The position numbers and the translations under genes are program-made. Below are positions 25,925 to 39,802 of a stretch of DNA of 64,000 nucleotides, in pieces. Origin of the DNA: Adineta vaga (Eukaryota; Animalia; Rotifera); contig CP075495.1 of NCBI GenBank assembly GCA_021613535.1, positions 3,596,001 through 3,660,000 on the forward strand. Direction: 5' to 3'. The notes beneath the pieces are model-generated. The model made no database searches and had not been told where the DNA came from. It saw nothing but the letters and a program-made list of their open reading frames with translations. Position 1 is the stretch's first letter; each line of letters opens with the position of its first letter.

Positions 25925-26952
25925 ATGGATATTGATATGAATTCATCAGCTACTGTTGATTCTTTATTGAAGACTTATCCTTCATTAAAACGAATACCTG
26001 ATAAAGATCGTGTAAGATACTTTTCTTCTTCTATTGATTTATTGATTTTATTTTCTCTTGAAATTAGATCAAATGTAGTTGGACTCAACATGAAATGCCA
26101 GCTCGTGTTGATGCTATCGAAAAATATATTCAAGGAAAAAAATATCAACAAATTTTAAAGAAAAAATTTGATTATGATGTATTGGAAAAGTTCAAAGATT
26201 TTATTGAACCAAGTACTAAAAAGAATCACGAGTATATATTTTCGTTATTATATTACTAAGAAAACTTCTTGAAAATAAAAATCTTTTGTAGAAGACAATT
26301 ATTCTGCAAATTAACATCACGTCATTTAAATAAGGATCCACATCATATCATGAAACATATCGAAGGCAAAAAATTCAAACGAGCTTATGCTCAGTGTATG
26401 TGTTGAACGACTTTTTCGTGGAAAAGAAATCAATATGAAATGTCTTGGATTATTTTCAACTAGGGCAAGAATGTCAAGCAAATGGAACTGAATTTCTTCC
26501 AATAGGACGAAGAAAAAAGAAACAACAAATGTCAACTGATGAAAACGATGATGAATATGTTGATTTAAGTGATGATGAAATTATCATCGAAGATGATGAT
26601 GAGGATGATCTATCAGATTTATATCCTGGTAAGGAAAAAACATCTTGTTTTTCGTTCATTGATTTTCTCGATTAGATTTTCGTCGTTTACGTGCAAGTGA
26701 TCTCAAAGCAGGAAGAACAACTACCGTTGAAAATAATGATGATAATACCAATGGAAAGAAGCGTAAAGCTCAAACATCACAAGTAATTTATTGCTGACTT
26801 TTCTATCAGATAATAATGAACATGATATTTAGATGAAAAAACCGAAGAAACTTGCAGCACCAAGTACCAAGCGAATGCGAGGAGCTGATGAGAAAATGTC
26901 AAATGGTGATGATTTAGTCAAACCAACGAAAACAATGACTTTAACAATCTAA
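25925..26952 (+). CDS. SURF2: Surfeit locus protein 2
   Basis: KCSWTQHEMP...YIQGKKY; QLFCKLTSRHLNKDPHHIMKHIEGKKFKRA; acidic DDLSDLYP; basic tail. Confidence 0.85.
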
Positions 26953-27067
26953 ATTTTTTGTTATATGTTTTTTTGACTAAAGATAATACCGTTTCTCGTT
27001 TGAATTGAATTGTTTCCATCTTTCAGATCAAATTAGTGATTTAAAACCAAAACGAAAATCACAGATA

Positions 27068-30000
27068 ATGACGAATCAAATACATTCAACAGATGAAGAT
27101 ATTGACGATCAACTCTACAAGTTAGTTGTTCACGAATAGTTTCTTATTGAAAGATCGTTCTGTATATATTCTAGTCGTCAACGATATGTTCTCGGTGATG
27201 TTGCTATGAAACGTTTAAGACAACATCATGTATTAATCGTCAATGCAGGTGGTCTTGGAATTGAAATAGCGAAAAATGTTGTCCTTGCTGGTGTACATGT
27301 AAGACAATCAATCTTTAATAGAATATTCAATTCATTTTCATATTTTAGAGTGTAACTTTACAAGATTCAAATAATACAAGTATGTTAGATCTTGCCACAC
27401 AATATTATTTGAATGAAAACGATATTGGAAAGAATCGGTATGTTGAAATGATTTTGTGTGAAGTTATTGAAATTTATTGGTTTATTTTTTAAATAGAGCA
27501 GAATGTAGTTTGGAAAAACTACGTGCATTAAATGATTATGTTAAAGTACATTGTTCCAATAAAAGTCTTTCTGATTGTTCACTTGAATATTTTCAAAACT
27601 TTACAGTAAATCTAATAATCAATGAAAACAATATCAGAAGAGTATTCTTTTAGTGTATAGTATTGACTGAATGTAATCTGGATGAAATGAAACGAATTAA
27701 TGAATTCTGTCGAACTAATAATATTATCGTATGTAGTAGAAATTATATTTTGTGTTCTATTTAATGAAAGTTTTGTTGATTAGTTTATTATGGCTGATAT
27801 ATATGGTGTTTTTTCTCGATGCTTTGTCGATTGTGGAACACAATCATTCACTGTTTTTGATAGAGATGGTGAACAATTGAAAGAAGTTTTTATCAATCAT
27901 ATAACACCGGTAAGAAGAATGAGACAAAAGACGAACTTATTTTGAATGAAATTTAGGAAGGTATAGTGACCGTTGCTGGTGACGAACGACATCCATTTCA
28001 AGATAATGATATTGTTTCATTTCGAGAATTGATCGGTTTAGAAAAATTGAATCATTGCGAAAGAACTGTTAAAGGTTTGTAGATCAACTGAATTTTGTAG
28101 AAGAGTAGATCAGTTTGATTGATGAGTTTTCTATTTAGATCTTAATATTCATCAATTCTCAATTGGAGATATATCATCTCTTGGTGGAGAATATAAACGC
28201 GGAGGAATTGCAAGAGAAATTAAACAACAAATGCAACTAAACTTCGTAAGTGATTTTTATCTCAATGAAAGATTCAAGTGTTTCTTTTTATTTTCGTATA
28301 GACAAGTTTAATTGAACAAATAAATAATCCAAGAATTTTAACGATTGATGGTTCAGATTATTGGACGAAGAATATTACTGGAGATGTAAGAATACATAAA
28401 ATGAAAAAGAGATTGAAAAAAGAACTCAAAAGATTGTTTTAGATACCACAACTTATTTATGTACATGTTATTATGTTAGCTATAAGTGAATTTAAACAAT
28501 TACATCAACGATTACCGGAACCAATGTAAAAAATCTTGTAAAATTTTATCAAAGATTTCAATCCTTTTCTTTTTCTTCAGAGAAGAAAATGATAAAATCA
28601 ATCTTTTGAATTTAGCAAAAAAATATCTCGATGAATTGAAATCCAAAGATGTATGTAAAATTCTCGGCGAAGTTAAATTGAATCATTGATGTTTATTTTT
28701 AGCATACTGTTGATGAAGAACGTTTTCAACATTTAATTAAATGTATATTCTATTCAGCGAAAGGTTCATTTGCTCCCATATGTTCTGCTATGGGTGGTTT
28801 CGTTGGTCAACAAGTGTTAACAACAATTACTGGCAAGTTTACTCCAGTTCAACAATGGGTAAACGAATGAAGAATTTAGTTTTTATTTATTCTATATGGA
28901 TTTTCTTTTTCATTTGAATTAGCTTTATCTTGATGCATATGAATTAATCAAAGAAATTCCATTAGAAGATGAATATAAACAGATGAAATCGTAAGAAAAT
29001 ATACAAATTCTTTCATTAGATGACAATCAATCGTGTTTAGAGTAACACCAGATCGATATCAAGCATTAAGATTATGTATTGGTGAAACACTTGTTCAATG
29101 TCTTGCACGACAACGTTTATTTATGGTATAAAAAAAACAATTCGGTAAAAATTTCCTTACTTTTCATAATCTAGGTTGGTTGTGGTGCCATTGGATGTGA
29201 ACTATTAAAATTGTTCGCATTACTTGGTGTTGGAAGAAATGGACAAGTATGTTTCTTTTTCAAAGGAAGATTATTTGTCGATAGAAACTTTGTCCACCCC
29301 ATAGATTACAATTACAGATCATGATCATATTGAAAAATCAAATTTAAATCGTCAATTTTTATTTCATAAACAACATCTTAATCAACCTAAATCTACAATT
29401 GCTGCACAGTCAGCTCTGGAAATGAATAAAGAATTACAAATTCAATCACATACATTGAAAGGTTTAAAAAAACAATTCCATTACTTTTCTTTTTTTTCTA
29501 TAAATCTTGTTGCTTCTAGTTGGTCTTGGTTCAAATGAATTATGTTCAGATGCATTCATATCTGATCAAACAATTATTGTTAATGCATTGGATAATGTCG
29601 AAGCAAGACGTTACATGGACTCGTATGTTTAATTGATTAGTTTATGTATAAATGCTCTCTTGTTTTATCTAGACGTTGCGTGACGAACAAAAGACCTTTA
29701 ATTGAATCGGGAACCATGGGTCCAAAAGGTCATACCTTCGTTGTTGTACCATATAAATCGGAATCTTATTCCAATCAAGTAATATCAACTATTTCTCGAA
29801 ATCATTTTGTTCAGATTTATTTTGTAGAACGATCCAATTGATAGAGATGTTCCATATTGTAATGTGAAATCATTTCCAGCAAATATTGAACATTGTACAA
29901 TTTGGGCACGGGAAAAAGTAAAATTGAGAAGAATCATTTCTATTTATTTGTTTTATTTAGTTTGAAAGTACTTTTCATATGAAACCATCGTTGTATAATA

Positions 30001-31833
30001 GTATTATGTCACAAACAAACATATGGACTCGTATTCATAATGGTGAAACAATCGATGATCTACCAAAAATTTATAAATTTATGAAACGAAAATGTCTCAA
30101 TTGGACTGATTGTTTGAATATGGCTCGAGAAAAATTTGATAAATATTTTTCTAACAAAGTATGATATTAACTTCTCTCATTTCAAAAAATTTCAATTAAG
30201 TCAATTGATTTGTTTTAGGCACGAGATTTATTGTATAAATTTCCAGCGGATATGGTCGATGATAAAGGAGGTAAATAGAGAAAGGTTATAACTATCGTTT
30301 TCTCAATTGAATGTTTAGTTCTGTATTGGAAATTACCAAAACGAGCACCAACTCCACTTGAATTTGATATTAATAATAATCTGTAAAATACCTATGATGT
30401 TTCACTAGCATGATTCTGTATCTTTAATATTTTTTAGTCATTACAATTTTGTTCTATCTAGTGCAAAAATCTTTGCTATGATCTATGCTATTCCAGTAAG
30501 TGAATATGTTGTTCAGTTAGACATTATATGTCATAAAAAATTCTCAATATTCAGATAGTAAATGAACAGATCAATGATGTGAAAACTAATAAAGATATTA
30601 TTTCAAATACAAAAATTGAATCATGGCAACCAAGAAATAAGGTATGTTCACTACCATGAATTCTAAAGTGAATTCATTGAATTTATTTCAAAGGTTATTA
30701 TAACTGATCCAACAGTTGCAAAACCAACGGTATCCAAACATGAAGGTGATATTAGTGGTGATGAATGGAAATTTGCACAAGAACGTACAAAAGATTTCAG
30801 TAAGATATAGAATCCTTTTCTTCATAAAAGATCAATTGATTATCTATTTTTTTAGAAGCATTACCTATTCCATTTGAAAAAGATGATGATTTTCAAATTG
30901 ATTTTATTACAGCTGCAACGGTATGTTCGATCAATTTCCTGAGAATAAATATTTCAGTTTTCCTCTTTAGAATTTACGAGCACAAATGTATGGTCTTGAA
31001 CTAGGAGATCGATATGAAATCAAACGAATTGCTGGTATTTATTTCGTCAATTAATCTTACAGATTGATGTACTCTCTATTTCAGGTCGAATTGTACCAGC
31101 TATTGGAACAACAACTTCAACTGTATCTGGTCTTGTAAGTTATTCAGATGAAAGATTTTTTCCGATCGTTTTATATATTTACAACTTTGTTATTATCAAT
31201 AGATTGTAGTTGAACTTGTAAAATTATGTCTAAGTCAATTGAAAGAGCTTTCATTGGGTGTTTATAGGAATTTTTATATTAATATTGCATTACCATTCTT
31301 GATTGCCAGTGAACCATTAGCATGTACGACACAAAAAATTGGGTAACCTTTTCTTTCATGATTTTGTATAGTCAATGTACATATAATTCAATTTTTAGAA
31401 AATTTGAAGTTAATATTTGGTCAAGTTTTGAAATAAAAGGAAATCCTGATATGACTCTCGAAGGATTTATACAAGAAGTAGAAGTATGTTTTTGATTCTT
31501 TCATAAACTTATTTATTCTATTTGATATTTAATTTAGAAAAAATATGATATTAAACCAGTCTTGATATCTGAAGGAGTGAAATCAGTTTATGCACCATGG
31601 ATGCCAAAGGCTTCATCACAATTAAAACGAAAGTATGTATTGAAGAAATTCTAATCTAATTTTACAATAAATCAAAACCATTCTTTCTTAGAATGGATGA
31701 ATTACTTCCACACAAAACAACTGTAACTTATTCGGACTTAGTCGTATTACCCGATGATAACGATATGGATGTTCAAACGGATGGTAATAGCGAAGCGACA
31801 CCACCACCAATTCGTTATTATTTTAATAGTTAA
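27068..31833 (+). CDS. UBA6: Ubiquitin-like modifier-activating enzyme 6 (E1)
   Basis: [49 protein letters not shown], active site [22 protein letters not shown]-terminal PPIRYYF. RQRYVLG, GTMG.KGH and KSFP favour UBA6 over UBA1. Confidence 0.88.
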
Positions 31834-32148
31834 ATATTTCATTATCTACATTTTTTCTCTTTCTTCGTCTCTCTATTTTATTTTAATAAAGATTTATCTT
31901 CTTTTTCAATCAAAACTTTATTTTAAAAATAAATGAAAAACAAAATCGAACAGTACTCGATATTCACACCAAATAGATATTAAAGAGACTAAAAGATTAA
32001 AAATGTCGGTCGATTCTTTCGCATAGTTGAAGAATCAAGTGTTTTTGAATGATGAGATATAGTTCCATGTGCTTTTACTAAAACACTCTTCAGTAACGCA
32101 AAAGATTAGAACTAATTTCTTATCATGATTAGATTCTCAGAGATAGGT

Positions 32149-32158
32149 GTATATAAAC
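32149..32158 (+). promoter_or_regulatory. Probable TATA box of the secreted peptidase-like gene
   Basis: GTATATAAAC about 60 nt upstream of ATG 32217. Confidence 0.4.
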
Positions 32159-32216
32159 GTCAAGAATAACTTTCCATAGTAGACCAGAATAGTTTCAAAG
32201 CAAAGCGTCAAAAACA

Positions 32217-32796
32217 ATGAACGGAATGTGGATTTTATCTATTGTTTTAATTGCAATTGCATTCGATGCAGGTTTGTTGTTCTATCTTTGGAAATGAGTT
32301 ATAAACGAAAGATTTGATCTATCTAGCAATTGGTTGTACTCACACCCACTCTGCAGCTCTTTCGCAAATTAAATCGGTTGGCATTGGAATTTCATCATCA
32401 GGTGGTTGCAGTAATCGTAATAATCCAAAATGTACATCACTTGATCAAGTTCGTTGTAATGTAATTCGTTGTTTGAAAACATTGAAAACATCATCCGGTT
32501 GTTCAATCACCGTAACCGGTGGCACAGTAAGATATATGAATATTAATTTTGTTATTATCTAATTACTTTTCTCGATAATGAAATAGGAAACTGGCCATGC
32601 TGGTGGAACATATTCACATTCAAATGGATACAAAATTGATATTTCACTCAATACATGTATCAATAATTACGTTACAAAACAATTTAGTTACATTGGCAAA
32701 CGAGGTGATGGTGCTGCTCAATACAAAGCATCAAGTGGCAATGTTTATGCTAAAGAAGGCAATCACTGGGATATTACATTTACTGCTTCATGTTAA
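32217..32796 (+). CDS. Small secreted Cys-rich protein with LAS/M15-like Zn-peptidase motifs (microbial-type family)
   Basis: Exons 32217-32271, 32327-32526 and 32587-32796 give MNGMWILSIVLIAIAFDAAIGC...SSSGGCSNRNNPKCTSL...TGGTETGHAGGTYSHSNGYKID...GDGAAQYKASSGNVYAKEGNHWDITFTASC. Confidence 0.8.
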
Positions 32797-33212
32797 AGAA
32801 CCAGTTTTATTTCTTTGATAATCGATAGAAAGTATTATATCTTGATTTACTTTTTAGTTTTTTGTTATAATACATTTCATGAGATCACGAGGAAGATAAT
32901 GTTCTTTTGTAAAATTGATTGTGCAGAATAAACTAGCCGGGTACAATATGATTTATTAGTAAGGTTTCATGTCTGTCTTTGCACCGTCGGACAAAACTAA
33001 ATCGCAATTGTATTTATGTCAGGGTGATCAAAGAATAAATTATTATGGAATAACAAGAATAAAAGAAAAGATGTAAATTTTTCAATTTATCTGTTGATTC
33101 AATATTGTTATTTAGGAATTTATAATTTTCACCGAGCAGACATGTATATAAATTGCATGAAATAGAGAGTTTTATCTTCATTTTCTCGAAAAAAAATGTA
33201 CATTCGCACACA

Positions 33213-35471
33213 ATGCCAGCTAGCTACTCGTTCGTAGCTATCTTTCTTTCTTTATCCATAATTTTTGTCAATGGTAGCCACTTTTTGGGTGGTACTATTA
33301 ATTGGCGTATACAAAATTCATCAACGGGTAGTTCATCAATAGGTATACTGATTACTCAAACATATTCATGGACTTATGTTGTTGGAAGATGTGATGGAAA
33401 TGCAACTGTAACTAACCAACCTGTTGCTGGTTCGGGAGGGACACTTACTTGTTCACCTAGTTGTCCAACTGGATTCACAAGCGTTTCTGCTACACCTGAT
33501 TGTACTGATCTTTCAGTACTGAATGGTATTGCTGTGGGACAACGTTCAGACATAGTTTATATACCGGAAAATAGTGTTTTCTCGGCTATTTATGCGGATA
33601 GTGCATGGGGTACTCTTGCGTTAGGCGGAACTAATTGGGCTATCGCGTCAAAGATTAATTTAGTACGACGATCTGATAATAATATGTTTAACAATGCTCC
33701 CGTAGCTACGATAATGTCTCCAGTTAATTTAGAAGTAAATCAAAAGACATGGATCACGTTGTCAGTTAGTGATGCTGATGGAGATATTATTCGATGTCGT
33801 TGGGCTGGTTTGGTCAATGGTGTTGATGAGTGTAGCTCTGTATGTCCACCTGGTGCTTTACCGGCAAATACAACCATTTATTCTAACTGTACTATTGAAA
33901 TTACAGGTACAATTATTGGAAAAAGATATGCTGTAGTACTTATGGTTAGTTTTGTTTTCTTTGTTTCAATAAGAAAACAAATTATTATAAGTTTCACTGT
34001 CTTTCTTTCTTTTCTAGGCAGAAGATTTCATCAACTCAGCAAGTACTACACCTCTAAGTTCCGTACCAGTTCAATTCATTGTTGAAGTCATTTCGCCAAC
34101 ATCATGTCCTACACCACCTGAAACAATCCTAGCAGGATCATCATGTACACCTGTAAAAGTGAACGAAGTATTTCGGTCGACTCTACTTGGCTTCAATTAT
34201 TGCGGAGAAAATATTACTATTGTTGACATTGCTACATTGTCCTTTGCTGGTATGAATCAAGGTCCACTAACAAAATCAAATTCTATAATGTATTATAAAA
34301 CTTTGAAATGGACACCAACTATCCAACAATTAGGCTATCAAGTGATGTGTGCTATGACATTAAATAGGTAGCTATTCTGAACTATATCGTAGTTTTCTAA
34401 GCAAAATCCTAATCTTCTTCTTTTTATTTTTCAGCCAATATTCACAATCACCACAGTATTGTTTCACATTTTATGTAACAGAGAATGGTACAGATACATG
34501 TCCAGAAGCTGGCAGCAATATTACAGTAGTACTATCAACAACCACAGCTACTACCGAATCAACAACAACATCAACAACAACGACGACGGTATCCAGGGTC
34601 GCTGTAACACAACAATGTATGTTTATTGAGTTTACTGTAAAAGAATATCATCATTTTCGTATCTTTAGCGAATTGTATCAATTGGCCATTAGTTGCAAGT
34701 CTTGCTGCTTTAGCTCTTGCTGCATTGGCATGTAATCTTTGTTTACTTTGTCACGTTTTCAAGTATGTGAAACGAAATAGAATAAAAACAATTATCTATG
34801 AATTTTTTATCCTAGATGCTGTCATTCCGTAACTCGTAGGAGACAGAGTCAATATGATAAATCAAAAGATCTCATATCAATGATGCGTACGTCAAAGATC
34901 GAGTCTCCTCATGTATTAAACGAATCTGTGTATACCATTCAGAATGAAAGTATCAACGAATTGAATAATCATCAAACTCATTCAAATATCACGAAAAGTA
35001 AATTCTTCACTTTCAACTGAGTTCATACTCTACGTTGCTTGTTTATTGATAGATACCAATAAGAAACAATCGAAAGTTATCACAGTTTCACCATATCGAC
35101 CCAGACAGCTTATGAAAGTATCATCGTATGAATCCGATGTAAACGATCAACCTATCAATGGCAATCATCCTCTTTCTACGATTCCGCCACAAAATTTAAA
35201 AACGAACGAAAATCGAAGTAATGTACATGTCACGAAAATTAAAAAAAATCAATCAAAGAGTATTTCCAATCATGTATCACCTAAAAAAACGAAGACAACC
35301 AATATTGCTCATGTTAAAATCTGTTCACATGATTATATTCCTGTCAAAAACATGAATACAATGAAAACAGATGATCTTCCTGATTCTTCCAAGAAGCAAA
35401 TTGAAAACAAGTTGCAAACAAAGACTGGTCAAAGTACCTCATCAAATGTTACGGTTGCATATGTCCCTTGA
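33213..35471 (+). CDS. Type I membrane protein with SHFxGG N-terminal domain, Ig/cadherin-like modules and Thr stalk
   Basis: Signal peptide then SHFLGGTINW; NNAPV...DADGDIIRCRW; W.PT..QLG.QV.C; poly-Thr; TM WPLVASLAALALAALAC; low-complexity tail. Confidence 0.78.
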
Positions 35472-35911
35472 TCAAGTCCATAAATAAGTTTGAAAAATCC
35501 AGAAATAATATTCTTCTGAAGTCGATTTTATACAAAGCTTGTTTATTCTGTCTAACAATAAAATATTCTTATTTTTCTCTCGAAATACTTAATCATCAAA
35601 TATTATTCCTACGTAGTTCATGGCAATAACCTCTTGAATGAAAACTTTCGAAGTAATGAAATGCAAATTTCTTTCGATCATGTTCTTTTCATTAAAATTT
35701 CATCAGGTTTCAAAGAGGTGTAAAAGAAAAGTACATACACATTGTCAATCTTTTTTTGGTTATTTGTCATGTAAATGTGATCTTACTTGTATTCTTCATT
35801 TTAAATTTTAAATTTTATTTAATACTTAAAAATAAATACATATGAGTCATTAACACAATTATTGACAAAATATATCAAAGTCAAAATTTAAGAATATGTG
35901 AGAAACTGTCG

Positions 35912-36532
35912 TTAATACCATAATAATGGAAACATCAATAATGGCCACATCATCATACTACCTAATGCCATACCTGTCATAGCGCCTGCTGCCATACTAC
36001 CACAGCCATCATAACATGAATCTCTATCAACAATAATAATAGTTTGTGCTGGTCCATCAGATGTTTGATAAATTCGAGGTGAACTACTACTATTATAAAT
36101 AACATTGCGATAAATAGTAGCATCATATCGATTTGGTGGAATTTGTGTATTCGTCCATTGTGCATGTTGTTGCTGCGTACGTTCAATATATAGTTGACGA
36201 ACATCTTCAAAAGATGTTTGCCATGCAAATAGATCATCAACAGATTCGGCACATAATGTCCATATATCACCTTTACTTGGTACAAGTTCAATTAATTGTT
36301 CACAAGTGGATCCATTGGGTGGTTCGATAGTATTTGATATTTGATCCGTGCCAACACGTATTTGTCGACAACGATTCAATTCAAATACTTCATCAGCTTT
36401 ATCATATTGTTTATCAGGCGATGCCATACGACGAAGACGAGCATCTCTTGTCAATATAAACCATTCGCGTTTCCAATTTTTTAAAATAGTTGTACGACGT
36501 TGTAACCAACCTGCTTTAACAATATCCGTCAT
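35912..36532 (-). CDS. PLEKHB: PH-domain protein, PLEKHB/evectin-like
   Basis: VKAGWLQRRTTILKNWKREWF...LCAESVDDLFAW and C-terminal hydrophobic AAGAMTGMALGSMMMW. The first ATG is at 36532 (the ORF track used TTG). Confidence 0.88.
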   Translation of the reverse strand: MTDIVKAGWLQRRTTILKNWKREWFILTRDARLRRMASPDKQYDKADEVFELNRCRQIRVGTDQISNTIEPPNGSTCEQLIELVPSKGDIWTLCAESVDDLFAWQTSFEDVRQLYIERTQQQHAQWTNTQIPPNRYDATIYRNVIYNSSSSPRIYQTSDGPAQTIIIVDRDSCYDGCGSMAAGAMTGMALGSMMMWPLLMFPLLWY

Positions 36533-37188
36533 TGTCAAGGATTCAATTGAACAGAAGATGTAATAATATGATGATATGAAATGATTAATTATTTATAAGT
36601 GATGCAGTCAACCGTAAAACTAAATTACGGATTTTAATTTCGTTTGTGTTTGGTTATAACCAATAAAAATATGATTACATTGATTTTCTTTCTTTAATAT
36701 TTACAAGAAAAAGCTTTCACAATCATATAAAGTTAGCATTAAGAAAACGTTCATCTGATCTAATCGAACGTTATTTTCTTATTATTGATACTAGTGCCAT
36801 CTGAAATACGACTGGCTTCTATTTTGACGAATCATTGCATTCCTTGTGATCTTGTATTGTATTGTGTTTGTTTAAAAATATATATAATATAAAAATTATT
36901 TAGAATAGAAGAAAAGTAGATTATATTACTCATCGGAAATAAATCTTTGAAAATAGATATAAAATCTTACAATCAATGCATGAAATTCCCAAAAGTCAAT
37001 CCTTGTATCAAAAGATACTATTGTATTTATTATACTAAATTGTTGATAAAAAAAGAAATTGTTAGAAAGAATCATGATGATAACAGACAAAGTTCGGTTT
37101 TATCGTTAGCCTTTTTTTTTACAGAACAACGAATCAAAATAATGTTAACACAAACTTAATCATTCATTCTATTTTAGATAAGAACAGA

Positions 37189-38468
37189 ATGGCTATCTAT
37201 CGAACTCGTACACATTTTGATATTGATACATCAAAATACGAGCATGAATATATAATTAATAATTATTCCAAAGTCTTCAGATATTTACATATCGAAACGT
37301 ATGATTGATTTTGTTTTTAAACATACAAAAAAAAACAAAGTGTCCTTTCATGATGTTTTTCTATTTAGGCCAGATTATGAAGTACGAAATGAACCTTGTA
37401 AATATAATTTCATTATCGAGCCAGGTCGTCGACATATATTGATCAATGTTATTGTCGAATTTCCTTTAATATTAACTCAACGACGTTGTTTTGAAGTTAT
37501 AGCTGAATGTTATAATGAAATGCGTACATCATCATCAACAACAGCTAATTCAACTTCGACTAATACATTATCTACTACATCAAAAAAAGCGTCACGAGCA
37601 GCTGTTCATAGTCAAACAAGTAAATTAATATCTCAGTAAGTTGAAATATTCAGAAACAAGAATTTGATGATCTGTTTTTTTTAGTGATGAAAATCAAATA
37701 CTTTATTCTCGTGTTCCTGATGAAGTTGATCTCTATGATAGTGATGAATATAGTGATGATGGTTTTATTAATAATCGTCGTTATGTTAAACTTCGATTGG
37801 ATTTAGATGAAGTATCATCAATAAAAAAACTTCGAATTAAAATAAAATGTTCCTATAATCGAATTTTATCGAATGAATTAATCGAACCACAAATTTGTTC
37901 ATCGTTAATTGATCAACAAAATTCTTCGGAAAAAAATGATCTTTCTCTTCTCGAATTGTTTCATACAAAAATTCCATATGATCTTAAAATTCAAATTGGT
38001 TCCCATACGTTCAATACTCATCGACATATTCTTATTTTACGGTCAGATTATTTCAAAACATTATTTGAAAGTCAATTCAATGATTGTACAAACAATCAAT
38101 TGAAATTAAGTGATGATATTAATATCAATGCATTTGATATTCTATTAAAATATCTTTATAACAATCAAATTGAAACGATTCTTCATGATGAATTATTATT
38201 AATCGAAGTATTTAAATTATCTGATCGATTTCTTATTGATTCACTAAAACGACATTGTTTAATTGAATTATTACGAAATCATATTACAAAAGATAATGTC
38301 TTTTCCTATTTAAATCTCTTGGATACATATGATGATTGTCAAGAATTACGTGAAAAATGTTTTGGTTTATTTCATAAACATGCGTGTCTATTGAAAACAT
38401 CAGCATTTCAACTTTTAGAAAAAAATAATCCGAAATTAGCCTTACAAATCTATGGTTCATTTTTCTAA
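37189..38468 (+). CDS. BTB/POZ domain protein (SPOP-like layout)
   Basis: Three exons. C-terminal BTB YDLKIQIGSHTFNTHRHILILRSDYFKTLF...LLKYLY...SDRFLIDSLKRHC. Confidence 0.82.
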
Positions 38469-38916
38469 TGAAACGAGAGAAAGAAAAAAGTGAAACATTT
38501 CATTTGACGTTTATGTATAATCATTTATTTTTCTTCTTCTTCTTCTTTTTCTTTTTCTTCGTTCTTGTTTACAAAATAAAATGCTATTGAACGTTTTTTT
38601 GTTTTATAATTCTAGATTAGTTGTTTTTTCTTCTTGATCTTAAGATAGATCGAGGACTAGTGTTTAATCATGCAAACCAAAAGATTTAGTTTCACTTTAT
38701 ACACAAGAAGACATGGGTACAATTCAAAATGTGTTAGTCTTTATTGAGTTGATGATGCGAATTAAGTTTACGTGTCAAAGTAGGGAGTCTACCGAAGCGG
38801 TAAATTCTTGTATAGAAGAAGCAATTAATCGTTATTCAAATCATCAGGAAATTGTTAAGGATGTTTGGTTTCTTTTTTTTAGAAATATCGTGAATTGATT
38901 TCTACATAAGATTATT

Positions 38917-39357
38917 ATGGACAAGAGATTTGAAACGATTATTGACAGCACGTAAGTAAACACTCAATTTTTGAAAGAAAAATTGTAGATTTAGATCATT
39001 TTTAGGATCGATCGATTTACTATCGTTGGTGTTGAAGTTAAAGGTGTTCTTGTTTGTGATAAAGATGGATTGGTATTAGCAAGTAATTTGATTTCAAAAC
39101 TTGATTAATTGTTGAATAAATTTTGTTGAATTATAGGTAAAGATGTAACAGTATCTCCTGGACCTATTGCACGGTTAGCTGAATTAGCAACTGGATTGTT
39201 CGGACGAAGAACAACTGTTTGTCTTGAAAATAATGAAGAGTAATTATTAAATATTTAGTTTTCTTTTTTCAAAAAATCTCAAATCTATTCTAGTCAAGTA
39301 TTGATCAATCAAACTGACAAAGCAGTTGTTGGTGTATATACAAAACATGCTACTTAA
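38917..39357 (+). CDS. LAMTOR5: Ragulator subunit LAMTOR5/HBXIP
   Basis: Four short exons: MDKRFETII...VKGVLVCDKDGLVLA...GPIARLAELA...TVCLEN...VLINQTDKAVVGVY, about 90 aa, roadblock-like. Confidence 0.8.
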
Positions 39358-39802
39358 TTTCATCGACATAGAAAAGTATCTACCTACGAAATTAATTGAG
39401 TTATTTTCCTGTTATAATTGATGATAGAAATTCTTTTTTCTCTGTATGTCTGTGTTTGTTGTTATCTATGTTATTGTAAATGAATTATGAATTCTTCTTT
39501 TCGTTTCTCCATCTGGACATGATTACTTCAAATAAATATTTATATACGATTTGAAAAAAAAACGAAATATCATTGTTGTACTTAACTATTGATAAGGATG
39601 ACATTAATAAACTATAAATAGCATTCGTTTATTTTTGTATGAAATGATAATTTGCAGATAATCTGTTTAGTATAACTAATGTTTTCTGTCTTTAGATAGT
39701 AACAATGACAAATTGACTTACGCGTACTTGACATATACTTGTTGAAGCATTAGAAATAGAATTTCAGAGATTTGATTTGGATGTTAACTTGTCTATTGTC
39801 CA

